A DNA stretch of 64,000 nucleotides from Deltaproteobacteria bacterium (GTDB lineage Bacteria > Myxococcota_A > UBA796 > SXON01). Of this stretch, positions 50,991-60,530 are shown piece after piece (the stretch's first letter is position 1; each line of letters starts with the position of its first letter). Under the pieces are notes generated by a model. It ran no database searches and was not told where the DNA came from. It saw only the letters and a program-made list of their open reading frames with translations. The stretch lies in contig CANLGL010000006.1 in the NCBI GenBank assembly GCA_947490345.1, positions 52,699 to 116,698 of the forward strand, in the 5' to 3' direction. The position numbers and the translations under genes were made by a program.

Positions 50991-51173
50991 ATGTTGTGCC
51001 CGACGCCGCCGGAGAAGCTGTGCGATGCCCGCGGGCGTCCCTACTTCCTGTGGGACAATGAGCTGACCCTGGCCGAATTCCTGGCGCTGCTGCGGGGCTC
51101 GGCGATTCGCGCGCTGTCGCCGGAGTTGGTCGACTTCACCCAGGGGCTCGTGACGCGGCTGCTGCGCGCCTGA
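50991..51173 (+). pseudogene. 60-aa ORF, probable deletion remnant of a two-gene antitoxin/nucleotidyltransferase-type module
   Basis: Preceded by TATCTT-N6-ATG. PTPPE.L.D..GRPYFLWD start recalled from small antitoxin-like proteins; truncated. Family assignment is from memory only. Confidence 0.45.
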
Positions 51174-51234
51174 GCCGCCGACTCCAACGCCACGCGGAGA
51201 GGGGCGCGAGATCCTGCTAGCGTACACTGGCCGC

Positions 51235-54200
51235 ATGGCCCGCCCTCCGCTCACCTCGGGCACCTGGAACGACGAAGCCGGAGACTCCGCCGAGGAGGCC
51301 CCCGTGGTCGCCGGTGGCCTCTTGGACCTCGGTCCCCTCGGCGAGGGGGCGACCTCCGAGGTGCGCCGGGCGCGCGACGTGTCTTTGGAGCGCAACGTCG
51401 CCGTCAAGGTCCTCCGCTCCGTGCTGTCGGACCGGGCCGAGGCGGTGGCGCGCTTCCTCGGCGAGGCCCGGGTGACCGCGGCGCTGCAGCACCCGGGCGT
51501 CGTGCCCGTCTACGCTATGGGTCGCGACTCAGAGGAGCACTGGTTCTTCACGATGAAAGAGGTGTCGGGGGTGACCCTCACCGACGCGATCCGCCGGTTC
51601 AGGCTCGGGGAGACCGCGTGGTCGCAGCGTCGCCTGGTGGAGGCAGTGCGCCGCGCCTGAGAAACGGTGGCCTACGCCCACGCCAGCGGCGTCATCCACC
51701 GCGACCTCAAGCCGGACAACATCATGCTCGGAGAGTTCGGCGAGGTCTACGTCCTCGACTGGGGTCTTGCCCGCGCCGAGGCCGACGCCACCGCGGCCAC
51801 GGGCGACGCGAGCCAGACCCAGGCGGGCGCCGTCATGGGCACGCCGGCCTACATGAGCCCTGAGCAGGCTGCGGGCCGGCAGGGCGCGGTCGAGCCTCGG
51901 TCCGACGTCTTTGGGCTCGGCGCCGTGCTGTTCGCCGTGCTCTCCGGGCGGCCCCCGCTCTCGGCGCCCTCCATCGAGGCGCTGCTCGCCCGGGCCCGTG
52001 AGGGGCAGAGCGACGCCCTCGCTCCCGACGCGCCACCGGAGCTGGCTTCGATCGTCGCCCGGGCGATGCAACCCGCACCGGGCGACCGCTATCCCTCGGC
52101 CCTGGCCCTCGGGGACGACCTCGGCGCCTGGTTGGCGGGAGGGGCGGTCTCGTCGCACACCTACGGGTGGTCGGAGCGTGCGTGGCGATGGGCCCACCAC
52201 AACCGCCGGGCGCTCTCCTTCGGCGGGCTCTCCCTGGCGCTGGTCACGGTGGTGTCGATCGGCGCCTTCGTACGCACCGAATCGGCGCGCCAGACCGCGG
52301 TCTTGGCTCGGGAGGACGCGGATCGTAGCGCCTCGGAGGCCCGAGGGTCACTCGCCACCAACTACACCGAGCGCGCCTTCGCCTCGGCGCTGGACGATCT
52401 GCACGGCGACGCCGCGATCTTCGCCGTGGCCGCGCTTCAGCTCCAAGAACTTCCCCGCGCCCGGGGGGCGCTCTTGATGGCCGGGATCGGGCAGCTCCCG
52501 GTCGTGCTCCGCGAGCACCACACGGGCGGCTGGTGTCGGGGGCTGGTCGTCGACGACGGCGCCGTGGAGTGCACCACCTACGGCGGTGCGCTGCGCCGCT
52601 ACCCGGTCGATGACGCGCAGCCCGCCGGGGAGTGGGCGACAGGACTCGTCGAGCCGCACACGTTCGCGCGCACCCCCGGGGGCAAGGTGCGCTTGGCCGC
52701 ATCGAGGCATCCGTCGGAGCCCCGCATCGCGTGGGTGCACGAAGGCCAGGACCCGACGTACACGCACCGCCTCGGCTCGGTGCATGCCCTGGCCTTCGCC
52801 GCCGGCCGCTTCTGGTCGCTGGAGGGCGCGGGCGTGGTGCGCGTGTGGGACCCGGCGACCCGGCGCGAGGTCGCGCGTTTCTCCACCGTCGCGGACGCCC
52901 GAGTCCTGACCGTGGGCGTGGCCACCGTGATGACCGGTGGGGACGACTCCGGCTTGCGAACCTGGGACCACGCCGGCGCACCGGTTCCGGGGCCCGGTGG
53001 GGGCTTCGCCCTCGCCCGGGTGCTGGCCGTCACGGACAACGGGCAACGTGCGGCCGCCGGACATGGCTTCGCCTCGAAGGCGGAGCTGTGGGTCGCGACG
53101 TCGAACGGCGAGCGTCGCCTGCCGTGGCCCGCTCCGGTGACCGCACTGGCTTTCCATCCCGATCGACGCCACCTCGCAGTCGGCGACAGCGCCGGTCGTG
53201 TCAGCGTCTTCGACACCGACACCGACAGGGTCCTCGCCCGGTTCACGACCCATGCCGACCGGCTGGACCAGCTCGCGTGGTCCGCGGATGGACGCCTGCT
53301 CGCCGCGACAGGATTTCAGGCCTCGCTCCGGATCATGGACGTCGCGGCGGCGCTGCGGAGCACGTTGTGGGACGCCCATGCCGGAATGGTCCGTGCCGTC
53401 TCCCTCTCGGCCAAAGGCGACGTGCTGGCCAGCCTCGGGGGCGACGGCCTCCTCCGGGCGTGGTCGGTCGCGAACCGCTCCGCCCAGTGGTCCGCGGACG
53501 TGGACTCCGGACCTCAGACAGGCTCGACGCGGCGGGGGCTGTGGTGGACGCCCGACGGGAGGGTGCTCGCCACCGAGCACGCGTCCGGGGCGGTGATCCT
53601 CGACGGGGAGACCGGCCGCAGCCTCGGGGTTCTCCCCGGCGCCCAGGACCCGGGGCTCGACGTGCTCCTGCTCCCCGACGGCGACACCGTGCTCCAGATC
53701 GGCGAAGCGCCGGGGCTGGCGCGCTCGTCTTTGTCGCGACCAGGCGCGCCGGAGTTGCTGGCGGCACCCGGTTGGGCATCGGTGATGACCTCGATGGCCT
53801 TGCACCCGGCCGGCGTCGCCGTGACCGGGGACCAACAGGTCGGTCTCTACGACCTCGCGGCCGGCACCTGGCGCATGCGGGGGTTCGCCCCGGACCGCCT
53901 GTGGGACCTGTGCGTGCTGGACACGAGGATTGCCGCGGCCGGGCTCGACGGCGTCATCCGCGTCTGGGATCCCGCGGCGGACAGCGTGGCGGAGTGGTCC
54001 GGGCACCTCGCGCCCATCGGCGCAATCGCGCGAAGCCCCGACCGCCGGTGGGTCGCCAGCGCCAGCGCCGACCGGATCGTGCAGCTCCGCAACGCCGATC
54101 GCGGCTCTGTCCGCGCCGAGTGGGTGGCGCCGGCCGCGGTCAACGAGCTGGTGTTCTCCGCGTCCGCGGGCGAGCTGTACGGCGCGCTCGTCGACGGGAG

Positions 54201-54351
54201 GATCCAGTCCTGGTCCCTCTCCGGCGTGGAAACGGACGCCGCCGAGCTGGCCGCAACGTTGTCGCTGTCGACGCGCCTCGGGCTGCGCGACGGGCGGATC
54301 GCCGTGCAGGGCACCGGGGGTCTGGAGATCGTCCCCGCCCCGGGCGGTTGA
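51235..54351 (+). CDS. Ser/Thr kinase + TM-like segment + WD40 repeats, with one in-frame TGA at 51658-51660 (pseudogene, error or recoding)
   Basis: GEGATSEV, VAVK and LQHPGVVPV before the TGA; HRDLKPDN, DWG and GTPAYMSPEQ after it in the same frame; WD40 repeats C-terminally. Confidence 0.85.
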
Positions 54352-54443
54352 GCCTCCCCGCCGAAGTGTGCCTCCCGCGGCCGCGACGGGCGCCGCTTTC
54401 GCTGCGGCGGCCGCTTTCGCCGCGGCGGCCGCCACGGCGACGG

Positions 54444-54668
54444 AGCCGCGTATCTCAAAGAGTGCCCAGCCACCTTTCGAGTTACGCGGCTTCCTTCTGA
54501 GCCGGGACGCCGCATCGGGCACGGCCGCGCGCGAAAAGCCGCGTATCTCTGTGAGTGAGGCGGTCACTTCCCGAGTTCCGCGGCAATTCCCTCCGCCCGC
54601 GGCCGCCCGCCTCGCGACGGAGCCGCGTATCTCACCAAGTGACCCGCCACTTTTCGAATTACGCGGCT
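54444..54668. repeat. Three 48-49-bp palindromic repeats (REP-like cluster) between convergent genes
   Basis: AGCCGCGTATCTC-N4-AGTG-N6/7-CAC..GAGTTACGCGGCT at 54444, 54537 and 54621. Confidence 0.85.
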
Positions 54669-54702
54669 GGCGCTCCACCGAGCGGCACTTCGTCATCGCG
54701 CG

Positions 54703-55326
54703 CTACTCCAACGCAACGCTGAAGTTGACCCCCGCCGAGACCGCCACGCCGCTCCCCGTTGGCGACTCGAACGACCCGAGCCAGTCCAGGGCCACCGCCG
54801 GTGCAATCTCCAGGTGCGGCCCGGCGGCCGTGACCCAGCCGGCGCGGAGCCCGGCCTGCACCCGTACATCGACGTCGTCCAGCCGGCCCAACGCCCCCAC
54901 GTGAGGACCGAACACCACCTGACCGCGCCCGACGTCCCACCCCAGCAACAGCGGCAGGTCCACCTCGAAGATGGGGGTCGACCCGGAGAGCCCCCACCGC
55001 ACCCGCGGATTCAGCGACTTGTGAAAACGGCCGGCCTCCGGGGCCCCGAGCCGGACCTTGGCGTCGACCATCACGTCCGGCACCGCGAACAGCCCCGTCG
55101 CCACGCCCATGCCCACCCCGCCTCCTAGCTCCACCCCCGGGACCACCCCCACATGGGCGCTCGCGGCCACCCGCCCGGCGGGACCCGACACCGTCGAGTC
55201 CTCGCTGCTTGGGGCGCCCACACCCAAGGCCACTCCCGCGGCAAACCGGGCCTGTCCCGGCTGCAGCGGCGTGGCGCGCCCCATGTCCAGAACCCCCGCA
55301 CACCCGAAAAGCGCGAGCATGAGCAT
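54703..55326 (-). CDS. Hypothetical lipoprotein / probable outer-membrane beta-barrel
   Basis: MLMLALFGC; ATPLQPGQ; Gly-rich amphipathic strands; TGATG overlap. Confidence 0.65.
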   Translation of the reverse strand: MLMLALFGCAGVLDMGRATPLQPGQARFAAGVALGVGAPSSEDSTVSGPAGRVAASAHVGVVPGVELGGGVGMGVATGLFAVPDVMVDAKVRLGAPEAGRFHKSLNPRVRWGLSGSTPIFEVDLPLLLGWDVGRGQVVFGPHVGALGRLDDVDVRVQAGLRAGWVTAAGPHLEIAPAVALDWLGSFESPTGSGVAVSAGVNFSVALE

Positions 55327-56045
55327 CACAGCGCCCCCCGAACCTGGATGGCCGGCACCAGGACCGGGTGCTCGAAAAAGAGCACGAGCGGCACGCTCAC
55401 CAAGGCGTCGACCGACCAGCGGTCACCGTGCGCCCAGCGGCCTCCGGCCCGAACTGAGAACGGCGTCTCGTCGAAGATCGCCTCCGCTTCGAAGAGCAGC
55501 GCCCACGACGGGGACAACGGCAAGAGCTTGGTGGCGGCCACCCCGGTTCCGGCGCCGACGATCACGCCAGGGTTCGGCGCACCGAAGCTCCCCGGCGAAT
55601 AGCCAACGGTCACCCGAAGCGAAAATGGGGCGTCGCCCGGACCCATCGTCAGGTCCCAGGTCAGGCGAGGGTTGGCAATCACGAAGGCCTCGGCGGCATG
55701 CACCACCCAGAAGCTGACCGCGGGACCGGGGAGCGCCGCGCGGTAGTCGACCCCGATCGCCTGACGAAGCCCAGGTCCACCGAAAAACGCGCGCACGCCC
55801 ACCCGAAGCGTGCCGAGCCCGGCGTCCTCCCAGTTGGTCGTTCCCGTTCCCGCCAGCCCGTTGATCTCGACATCCACCCCGAGATTGCGCCAGTGGGTGC
55901 TCATCAAGAGGGTGGCCTGCCCATAGGCGCGGTCTTCGTCGAAGAGCGCCGCGAGCTGGATCGCCGCCGAATGCCCCCGCTCGCCGCCCGGAGTGCTGAA
56001 CCCACCGACGCTGCCAGCCAGCGCCATACAAACGAGGGCGATCAT
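55326..56045 (-). CDS. Hypothetical probable outer-membrane beta-barrel protein
   Basis: Short signal peptide; alternating hydrophobic strands; ATGA overlap. Confidence 0.6.
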   Translation of the reverse strand: MIALVCMALAGSVGGFSTPGGERGHSAAIQLAALFDEDRAYGQATLLMSTHWRNLGVDVEINGLAGTGTTNWEDAGLGTLRVGVRAFFGGPGLRQAIGVDYRAALPGPAVSFWVVHAAEAFVIANPRLTWDLTMGPGDAPFSLRVTVGYSPGSFGAPNPGVIVGAGTGVAATKLLPLSPSWALLFEAEAIFDETPFSVRAGGRWAHGDRWSVDALVSVPLVLFFEHPVLVPAIQVRGAL

Positions 56046-56539
56046 CGGCCCGCCCCGGTGTCTTCCACGCCGTCCCCGGTGTCGAGATCAAACTGGGTGC
56101 ACTGCTCGTCATAGAGATCGGTGTTGGCGGTCTCGACGCAAGTATCGACGGCGTTTGGCACCGCCATCACCCCGACAGCAGCGGTGTGAAAGAGCCATCG
56201 CCCAGTGCGCAGGGTCGAGAACCGGTCCACCTCCTGTACCAAGGGCTCACTCCCATCGCTGACGGTCCAGGCCAGGTTGGTGTCCACCGGTAGACCGCCG
56301 AGGACACACAGCCCCAGGCCCCCGGGAAAGGCGAAGGGAGTGCCCTCGATGGCGGTGCCGTCGGCGTGGGCAAGCGTGATCCGCCTCGCGACATGTTCGT
56401 TCAGCTCGATGAGCCCCGACTGGCTCCACCGCACCGCCAGCGGCCGATTGGGGTCCCACGCCGGCGCGTCGGGACAGGGGCTGCGAATGTCGTCCTCGAG
56501 TAGGGTCGCACAAGAAAATAGCAGCAGGAACGGAAGCAT
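56042..56539 (-). CDS. Hypothetical lipoprotein (Ig-like)
   Basis: GGAGG RBS; MLPFLLLFSC. Confidence 0.65.
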   Translation of the reverse strand: MLPFLLLFSCATLLEDDIRSPCPDAPAWDPNRPLAVRWSQSGLIELNEHVARRITLAHADGTAIEGTPFAFPGGLGLCVLGGLPVDTNLAWTVSDGSEPLVQEVDRFSTLRTGRWLFHTAAVGVMAVPNAVDTCVETANTDLYDEQCTQFDLDTGDGVEDTGAGR

Positions 56540-56605
56540 CAGCCCTCCCGCCGTGACCCGGTCTGATGCTAACCCGTTCGTTCAACGCGGGCGATAGACT
56601 GCGGC

Positions 56606-58462
56606 ATGCCGCGGGCGCTGCTCTTCTGCCTCGCTGTCGTGGCCGCGCTCGGAGCCGTGCTCCCGCTCTTCCGCGCGGGCGATGACGCGCTCATCGGCGG
56701 GGAGTACGTCGACGCCTACGGGACGCAGTGGTTCTACGGCTACGTCGAGCGGGCGCTGCGCGAGGGTTGGTCGCTTTCAGCCAGTACGCAGCTCTTCCAT
56801 CCGTGGGGCAAGGACCTGCTCGCTCACGACGGCGCCAACGTACTCGATGCCATCCTCGCGTCCCCTTTGGTCGCCGTACTCGGGCAAGCTCGCGGCTACA
56901 ACACCTTCGTTTTTCTTGCCTGGGCCGCGGGCGCCTGGGCATGCTTCCGCTTCGTCTTCGACGTCTACGGCGATCGCACGGCCGCCGCCGCGGCCGCCCT
57001 CGCCTTCGCCCTGCAACCGTGGCCCCTGCGCGAGCTCGTGGAGGGGCGCCCCACCCAGGCGCTGCTCGGCCTCTTCGTCTTCTTCGTGCACCAACTCTGG
57101 CGCACCGGCACGCGTCCGGGCCTCCGCGCGCCGGTCCTCGCGGGGGTGAGCCTGGCGCTCTTGGGCTACCAATACTGGTATTACGCACTTTTCGCGGGCA
57201 CCGCGGCCGTGGCCTACGGCCTGGTGGCGGCGTGGCGGCCCGGGCCGGCGGCCGGAACCCCAAGATCCATCCTCGGTCGCCTCACCCTCGCCGCTGCGCT
57301 CGCTGTGCTGCTGGTGTCGCCCGTGGTTCTCCCCCTCCTCGCCCACGCTGGCGCGGGCGCCGTCCCCGGCCTGCTCGCGGTGCAGTCGTGGAGCGCTGGG
57401 CACACCCCAGCCGTGACGGTGGACGGCGCCGCGGTGGCTCTGCAATCCTGGCAACCGCTCATCGGCTTGGTCGGGTACCAGACCGCCGCCAGCGGGAGCG
57501 AGCAGTTCGTCCCCGGGGCGCCCGCGTTCACGCTGCCGCTCTTGGGCCTCCTTCTGGCCTGGGCATGGCGCCCCAGCCGCCTGGCGCGGCTGCCGATCGT
57601 GGCGATGGTCGCCGTGGCGTGCCTCTACGGCACCGGCGCCATCGTACTCGTAGGGCCATGGACCCTGACCAACCCGGTGTACCTTGCCGCGGTCAAAGCC
57701 CTCCCGTTCCTCCAACGCCTGTGGTGGCCGGCGCGGGCGTTCTCCATCGTGGCTGTCCTCGCGCCGCTCTTGCTGGGTGGGATCCTGGCTCGTTTGCAAA
57801 CCCGCCCCCGCCTTGTTTCGACGGTGATCGGCGGCACGGTGGTCGCGCTGCTCAGCGCGCTGAGCGCCGAAGGGCTATGGCCGCTTCCGGTCTGGGAACC
57901 AAGGATCGAGGCTGGTTACCGTTGCCTGGCCCGAGCACCCGAGGGCGCGATCGCCGAGGTGCCCTGGGGTTGGTCGCAGCGGCACCTCGTGGCCCAATCG
58001 GTCCACGGGCACCCGATCCTCGGCGGCATGAACGAGCGCGATCCTGCGTTCACGCCCGCGGGACTGCTCTCGCTCCAACGGACCAATGCCCTGGTCCGCG
58101 CGCTCACCATCCAGCACGGCTTCGCCCCCGACCAGCTCACCCGCTGGACCGAAGAGGATCACGCCGCGCTCGGCGCGCTCGGCTACCGCTGGATCGTGAT
58201 TCAGCTTGATGCGGTCGCGACACCTGATGACGCGCCCACCGAGCTCCGCCTCCGACAGACTCGGCTCCGGACCGCGCTGAGCGTGCTCACCAGCCGCTTC
58301 GGTCCACCGGTCTACGCCGACGCTCGCATGGAGATCTGGGCGCCGTGGGGGCACGGTTCGCCCTGCGTCGGGCGCGAGCCGGCCAAAGACACCTCCGCCC
58401 TCGGCCGGACCGAGCGCGCGCCGCCGATGGACACCGAAAAGGCCCGTCCTATGGGCAGATGA
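56606..58462 (+). CDS. Polytopic membrane protein, GT-C fold glycosyltransferase-like
   Basis: Acidic first loop (EYVDAYG), FHPWGKDL, many TM helices, P.R motif and QSVHGHPILGG periplasmic domain. Confidence 0.65.
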   Translation: MPRALLFCLAVVAALGAVLPLFRAGDDALIGGEYVDAYGTQWFYGYVERALREGWSLSASTQLFHPWGKDLLAHDGANVLDAILASPLVAVLGQARGYNTFVFLAWAAGAWACFRFVFDVYGDRTAAAAAALAFALQPWPLRELVEGRPTQALLGLFVFFVHQLWRTGTRPGLRAPVLAGVSLALLGYQYWYYALFAGTAAVAYGLVAAWRPGPAAGTPRSILGRLTLAAALAVLLVSPVVLPLLAHAGAGAVPGLLAVQSWSAGHTPAVTVDGAAVALQSWQPLIGLVGYQTAASGSEQFVPGAPAFTLPLLGLLLAWAWRPSRLARLPIVAMVAVACLYGTGAIVLVGPWTLTNPVYLAAVKALPFLQRLWWPARAFSIVAVLAPLLLGGILARLQTRPRLVSTVIGGTVVALLSALSAEGLWPLPVWEPRIEAGYRCLARAPEGAIAEVPWGWSQRHLVAQSVHGHPILGGMNERDPAFTPAGLLSLQRTNALVRALTIQHGFAPDQLTRWTEEDHAALGALGYRWIVIQLDAVATPDDAPTELRLRQTRLRTALSVLTSRFGPPVYADARMEIWAPWGHGSPCVGREPAKDTSALGRTERAPPMDTEKARPMGR

Positions 58463-59411
58463 CCGAGGTGTCGAGGTGGGTCGCCGCGCCCCACTGCGTG
58501 GCCAACTCACGGACCGCCAGCGCACCGCCAAAGGTGCCGACATGGCTGAGCGGCGCCTCGGGGGCCAACACCCACGCATTGAGTCCCGAACCGTAAGCCA
58601 GCGTCACCGGACCCACGCCCTCGACCCAGATACGAAGTTGACCCGGCGAGCCCGCGGTGTTGACCGCCGCGCCCCACCCGAGGTTGACCGTCCCGCGCAC
58701 ATACAGATCGAGCCGCTCCCCCTCCGCAATGCTGATGGTGCCGGCCACATCGAGGGTGTCGACCACCACGATGGCGCTGCGCGTCACCGAGAGTGTCGAG
58801 CCGCCCGCCACCGAAACATCCTCGTAGCGCGCGTCGGCGTTCCACGTCGACGCCCCCCCCCAGGTCAGCTTCACGTCCCCCTGGTTGTCGCCCACGTCCG
58901 GAGTGGCGACCACCGGAAACGTCGCAGGTGTGACCAGCTCGACCACCCCTCCGGACACGGCCGCGCCCCACTCCTCACAGTAGTTGGCCTCGGGATCACC
59001 AGTCACGGCGATGGTGCCTTGCACGGTCGAGCCGTTGAGCAGCGCACACGCCTCGTCGCCGTTGAGCGAGATGGTCGCGACCGAGCCGACGTTGGCCCCG
59101 CCGTACGCGCCCAGCGTGCTGTCGAACGAGTCGAAGGAACTGCCTGAGGCCAGGTGCGCGGACTGATCGATGACCACGCCATATTCGAGGCAGTCACCGG
59201 TCTGCGGCCCGGGGTCGGGGTCGTCAGTGTCATCGCCCGAATCAGCGGTATCGGTGCCGGTGTCGGAGCCGGTGTCGGAGCCGGTGTCGGCCGAGTCGAG
59301 GCCGGAGTCGTCAGCGGCAGTGTCGGAGCCGCGGCCCGGCTTGTCGTCCACCACCACGGTGGTGGGACCGCAGCCGGCGAACACGAGGGTGAGGGCGAGT
59401 GGGGGCTTCAT
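58449..59411 (-). CDS. Lipoprotein with DTG linker and beta-helix-like C-terminal domain
   Basis: FAGC lipobox; DSFDS, LDLYVRG, PGQLRIW, VLAPEA and FGGAL. Confidence 0.7.
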   Translation of the reverse strand: MKPPLALTLVFAGCGPTTVVVDDKPGRGSDTAADDSGLDSADTGSDTGSDTGTDTADSGDDTDDPDPGPQTGDCLEYGVVIDQSAHLASGSSFDSFDSTLGAYGGANVGSVATISLNGDEACALLNGSTVQGTIAVTGDPEANYCEEWGAAVSGGVVELVTPATFPVVATPDVGDNQGDVKLTWGGASTWNADARYEDVSVAGGSTLSVTRSAIVVVDTLDVAGTISIAEGERLDLYVRGTVNLGWGAAVNTAGSPGQLRIWVEGVGPVTLAYGSGLNAWVLAPEAPLSHVGTFGGALAVRELATQWGAATHLDTSVICP

Positions 59412-59443
59412 GTTGGGACGGGGGGTTGCCCCCGTAACGCCTC

Positions 59444-60055
59444 CTAGTTGCGGAGGGCGCGAGCCAGCGCCACGTTGACCGAGGCGCCAGCGGCGCCATC
59501 GATCCGAGCGAGCGCGAGCCCGTGGATCATCGAGGCGAGGTAACAGGCGCGCTCGGGGTCTCCGCGCGGATTCCCGAGACGGCGGGTGCGCACCCGGACC
59601 GCGTCCTCCAGGGCACGCCGGGGGGACGCGACGGTGAGCATTCCGTGGAAGCCCCGCACCCCGGTGCCCGGTGCGTGCCAACCCTCGCCGGAGAGCAGGC
59701 GGTAGAGGTTGGCGTTTGCGGAGGCGAACGCGACCCAGCGGCCCGCGACCTCCCCCACGGGGACTCGGTGCCCTGGCGCCATCGCCGTCTCGTTCCTGAG
59801 TTTTTCGAGCACGGACTCCGCGACCGCGGCGCGCATGCCCGCCACGTTTCCGAACTGTCGGACCAGCGAGGTGGCGCTGACGCCGAGGTCCCGCGCCAGG
59901 CCTCGCAGCGTGAGCTCGCACGGTCCGCGAAGCGTGACGATCTGCCGCCCGCGAGCGAGGGCCGAAGCCCGCAGATCGCCGTGGTGGTAACGACGCTTGC
60001 GGTACCAACGGTCGGAGGGGGCGAGGGCGGCGAGAGAGGGGGGGGTGGCGTCCAT
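59444..60055 (-). CDS. TetR family transcriptional regulator (WHG-type)
   Basis: YHHGDLR, LTLRGLARDLGVS and IHGLA. Confidence 0.85.
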   Translation of the reverse strand: MDATPPSLAALAPSDRWYRKRRYHHGDLRASALARGRQIVTLRGPCELTLRGLARDLGVSATSLVRQFGNVAGMRAAVAESVLEKLRNETAMAPGHRVPVGEVAGRWVAFASANANLYRLLSGEGWHAPGTGVRGFHGMLTVASPRRALEDAVRVRTRRLGNPRGDPERACYLASMIHGLALARIDGAAGASVNVALARALRN

Positions 60056-60061
60056 GGTCGT

Positions 60062-60080
60062 ATAGTAGCACCGCTATCAT
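60062..60080. promoter_or_regulatory. Candidate TetR operator overlapping the -10 (TACTAT)
   Basis: Imperfect palindrome ATAGTAGCACCGCTATCAT, 6 nt upstream of the TetR ATG. Confidence 0.4.
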
Positions 60081-60134
60081 GAGCGCGCAAGCGGCACCGG
60101 TGGCGCCCCCCGCGGCCAGTACTACTAGGCCGTA

Positions 60135-60440
60135 CTAAGCCCCCGCGAGGTCGTGCTGACACTTCCAGCACGTCTCAAAACTCGCCGGATTGCGCTCGTG
60201 ACAAGCCGGACACACCCACTCCAGATGCGCCCGCGCGTCCGCCGCCGCGAGCAGCGCCGTGGCCGCGTCCGCCTGCTCTTCTTTCACGAAGAGCTGAACC
60301 TCAGCATCGGGAATAGGGATGCCACCGGCCAGTCCAGGTCGCGACAGTCCACGCATTTCGACCTCGATTCCACCCCGCTCCAGCGCCGACCGGACGAGCG
60401 TGGCTTCGGCAAGGCTGCGAGCGTTATGGATCCGAACCAC
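60135..60440 (-). CDS. DUF2007 protein with C-terminal RanBP2-type Zn finger
   Basis: EATLVRSALERGGI; WVCPACHERNPASFETCWKC. Confidence 0.85.
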   Translation of the reverse strand: MVRIHNARSLAEATLVRSALERGGIEVEMRGLSRPGLAGGIPIPDAEVQLFVKEEQADAATALLAAADARAHLEWVCPACHERNPASFETCWKCQHDLAGA

Positions 60441-60530
60441 CGCGCGAACTATCGCCCTTTGCTCAGCCGGGCCGTCAGTTGTCGGTCAGGGCCAGAGACA
60501 ACCCCGCGGCCTCCGGGCTATCCTGGCGCC

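Noticed and set aside
51658-51660. Genome-wide UGA reassignment (alternative genetic code)
   Set aside because: Many genes clearly terminate at TGA with ATGA/TGATG overlaps.
54444-54668. CRISPR array or integron attC interpretation
   Set aside because: Only three degenerate 48-49-bp units with internal variability, no cas or integrase gene, and no RYYYAAC/GTTRRRY ends.
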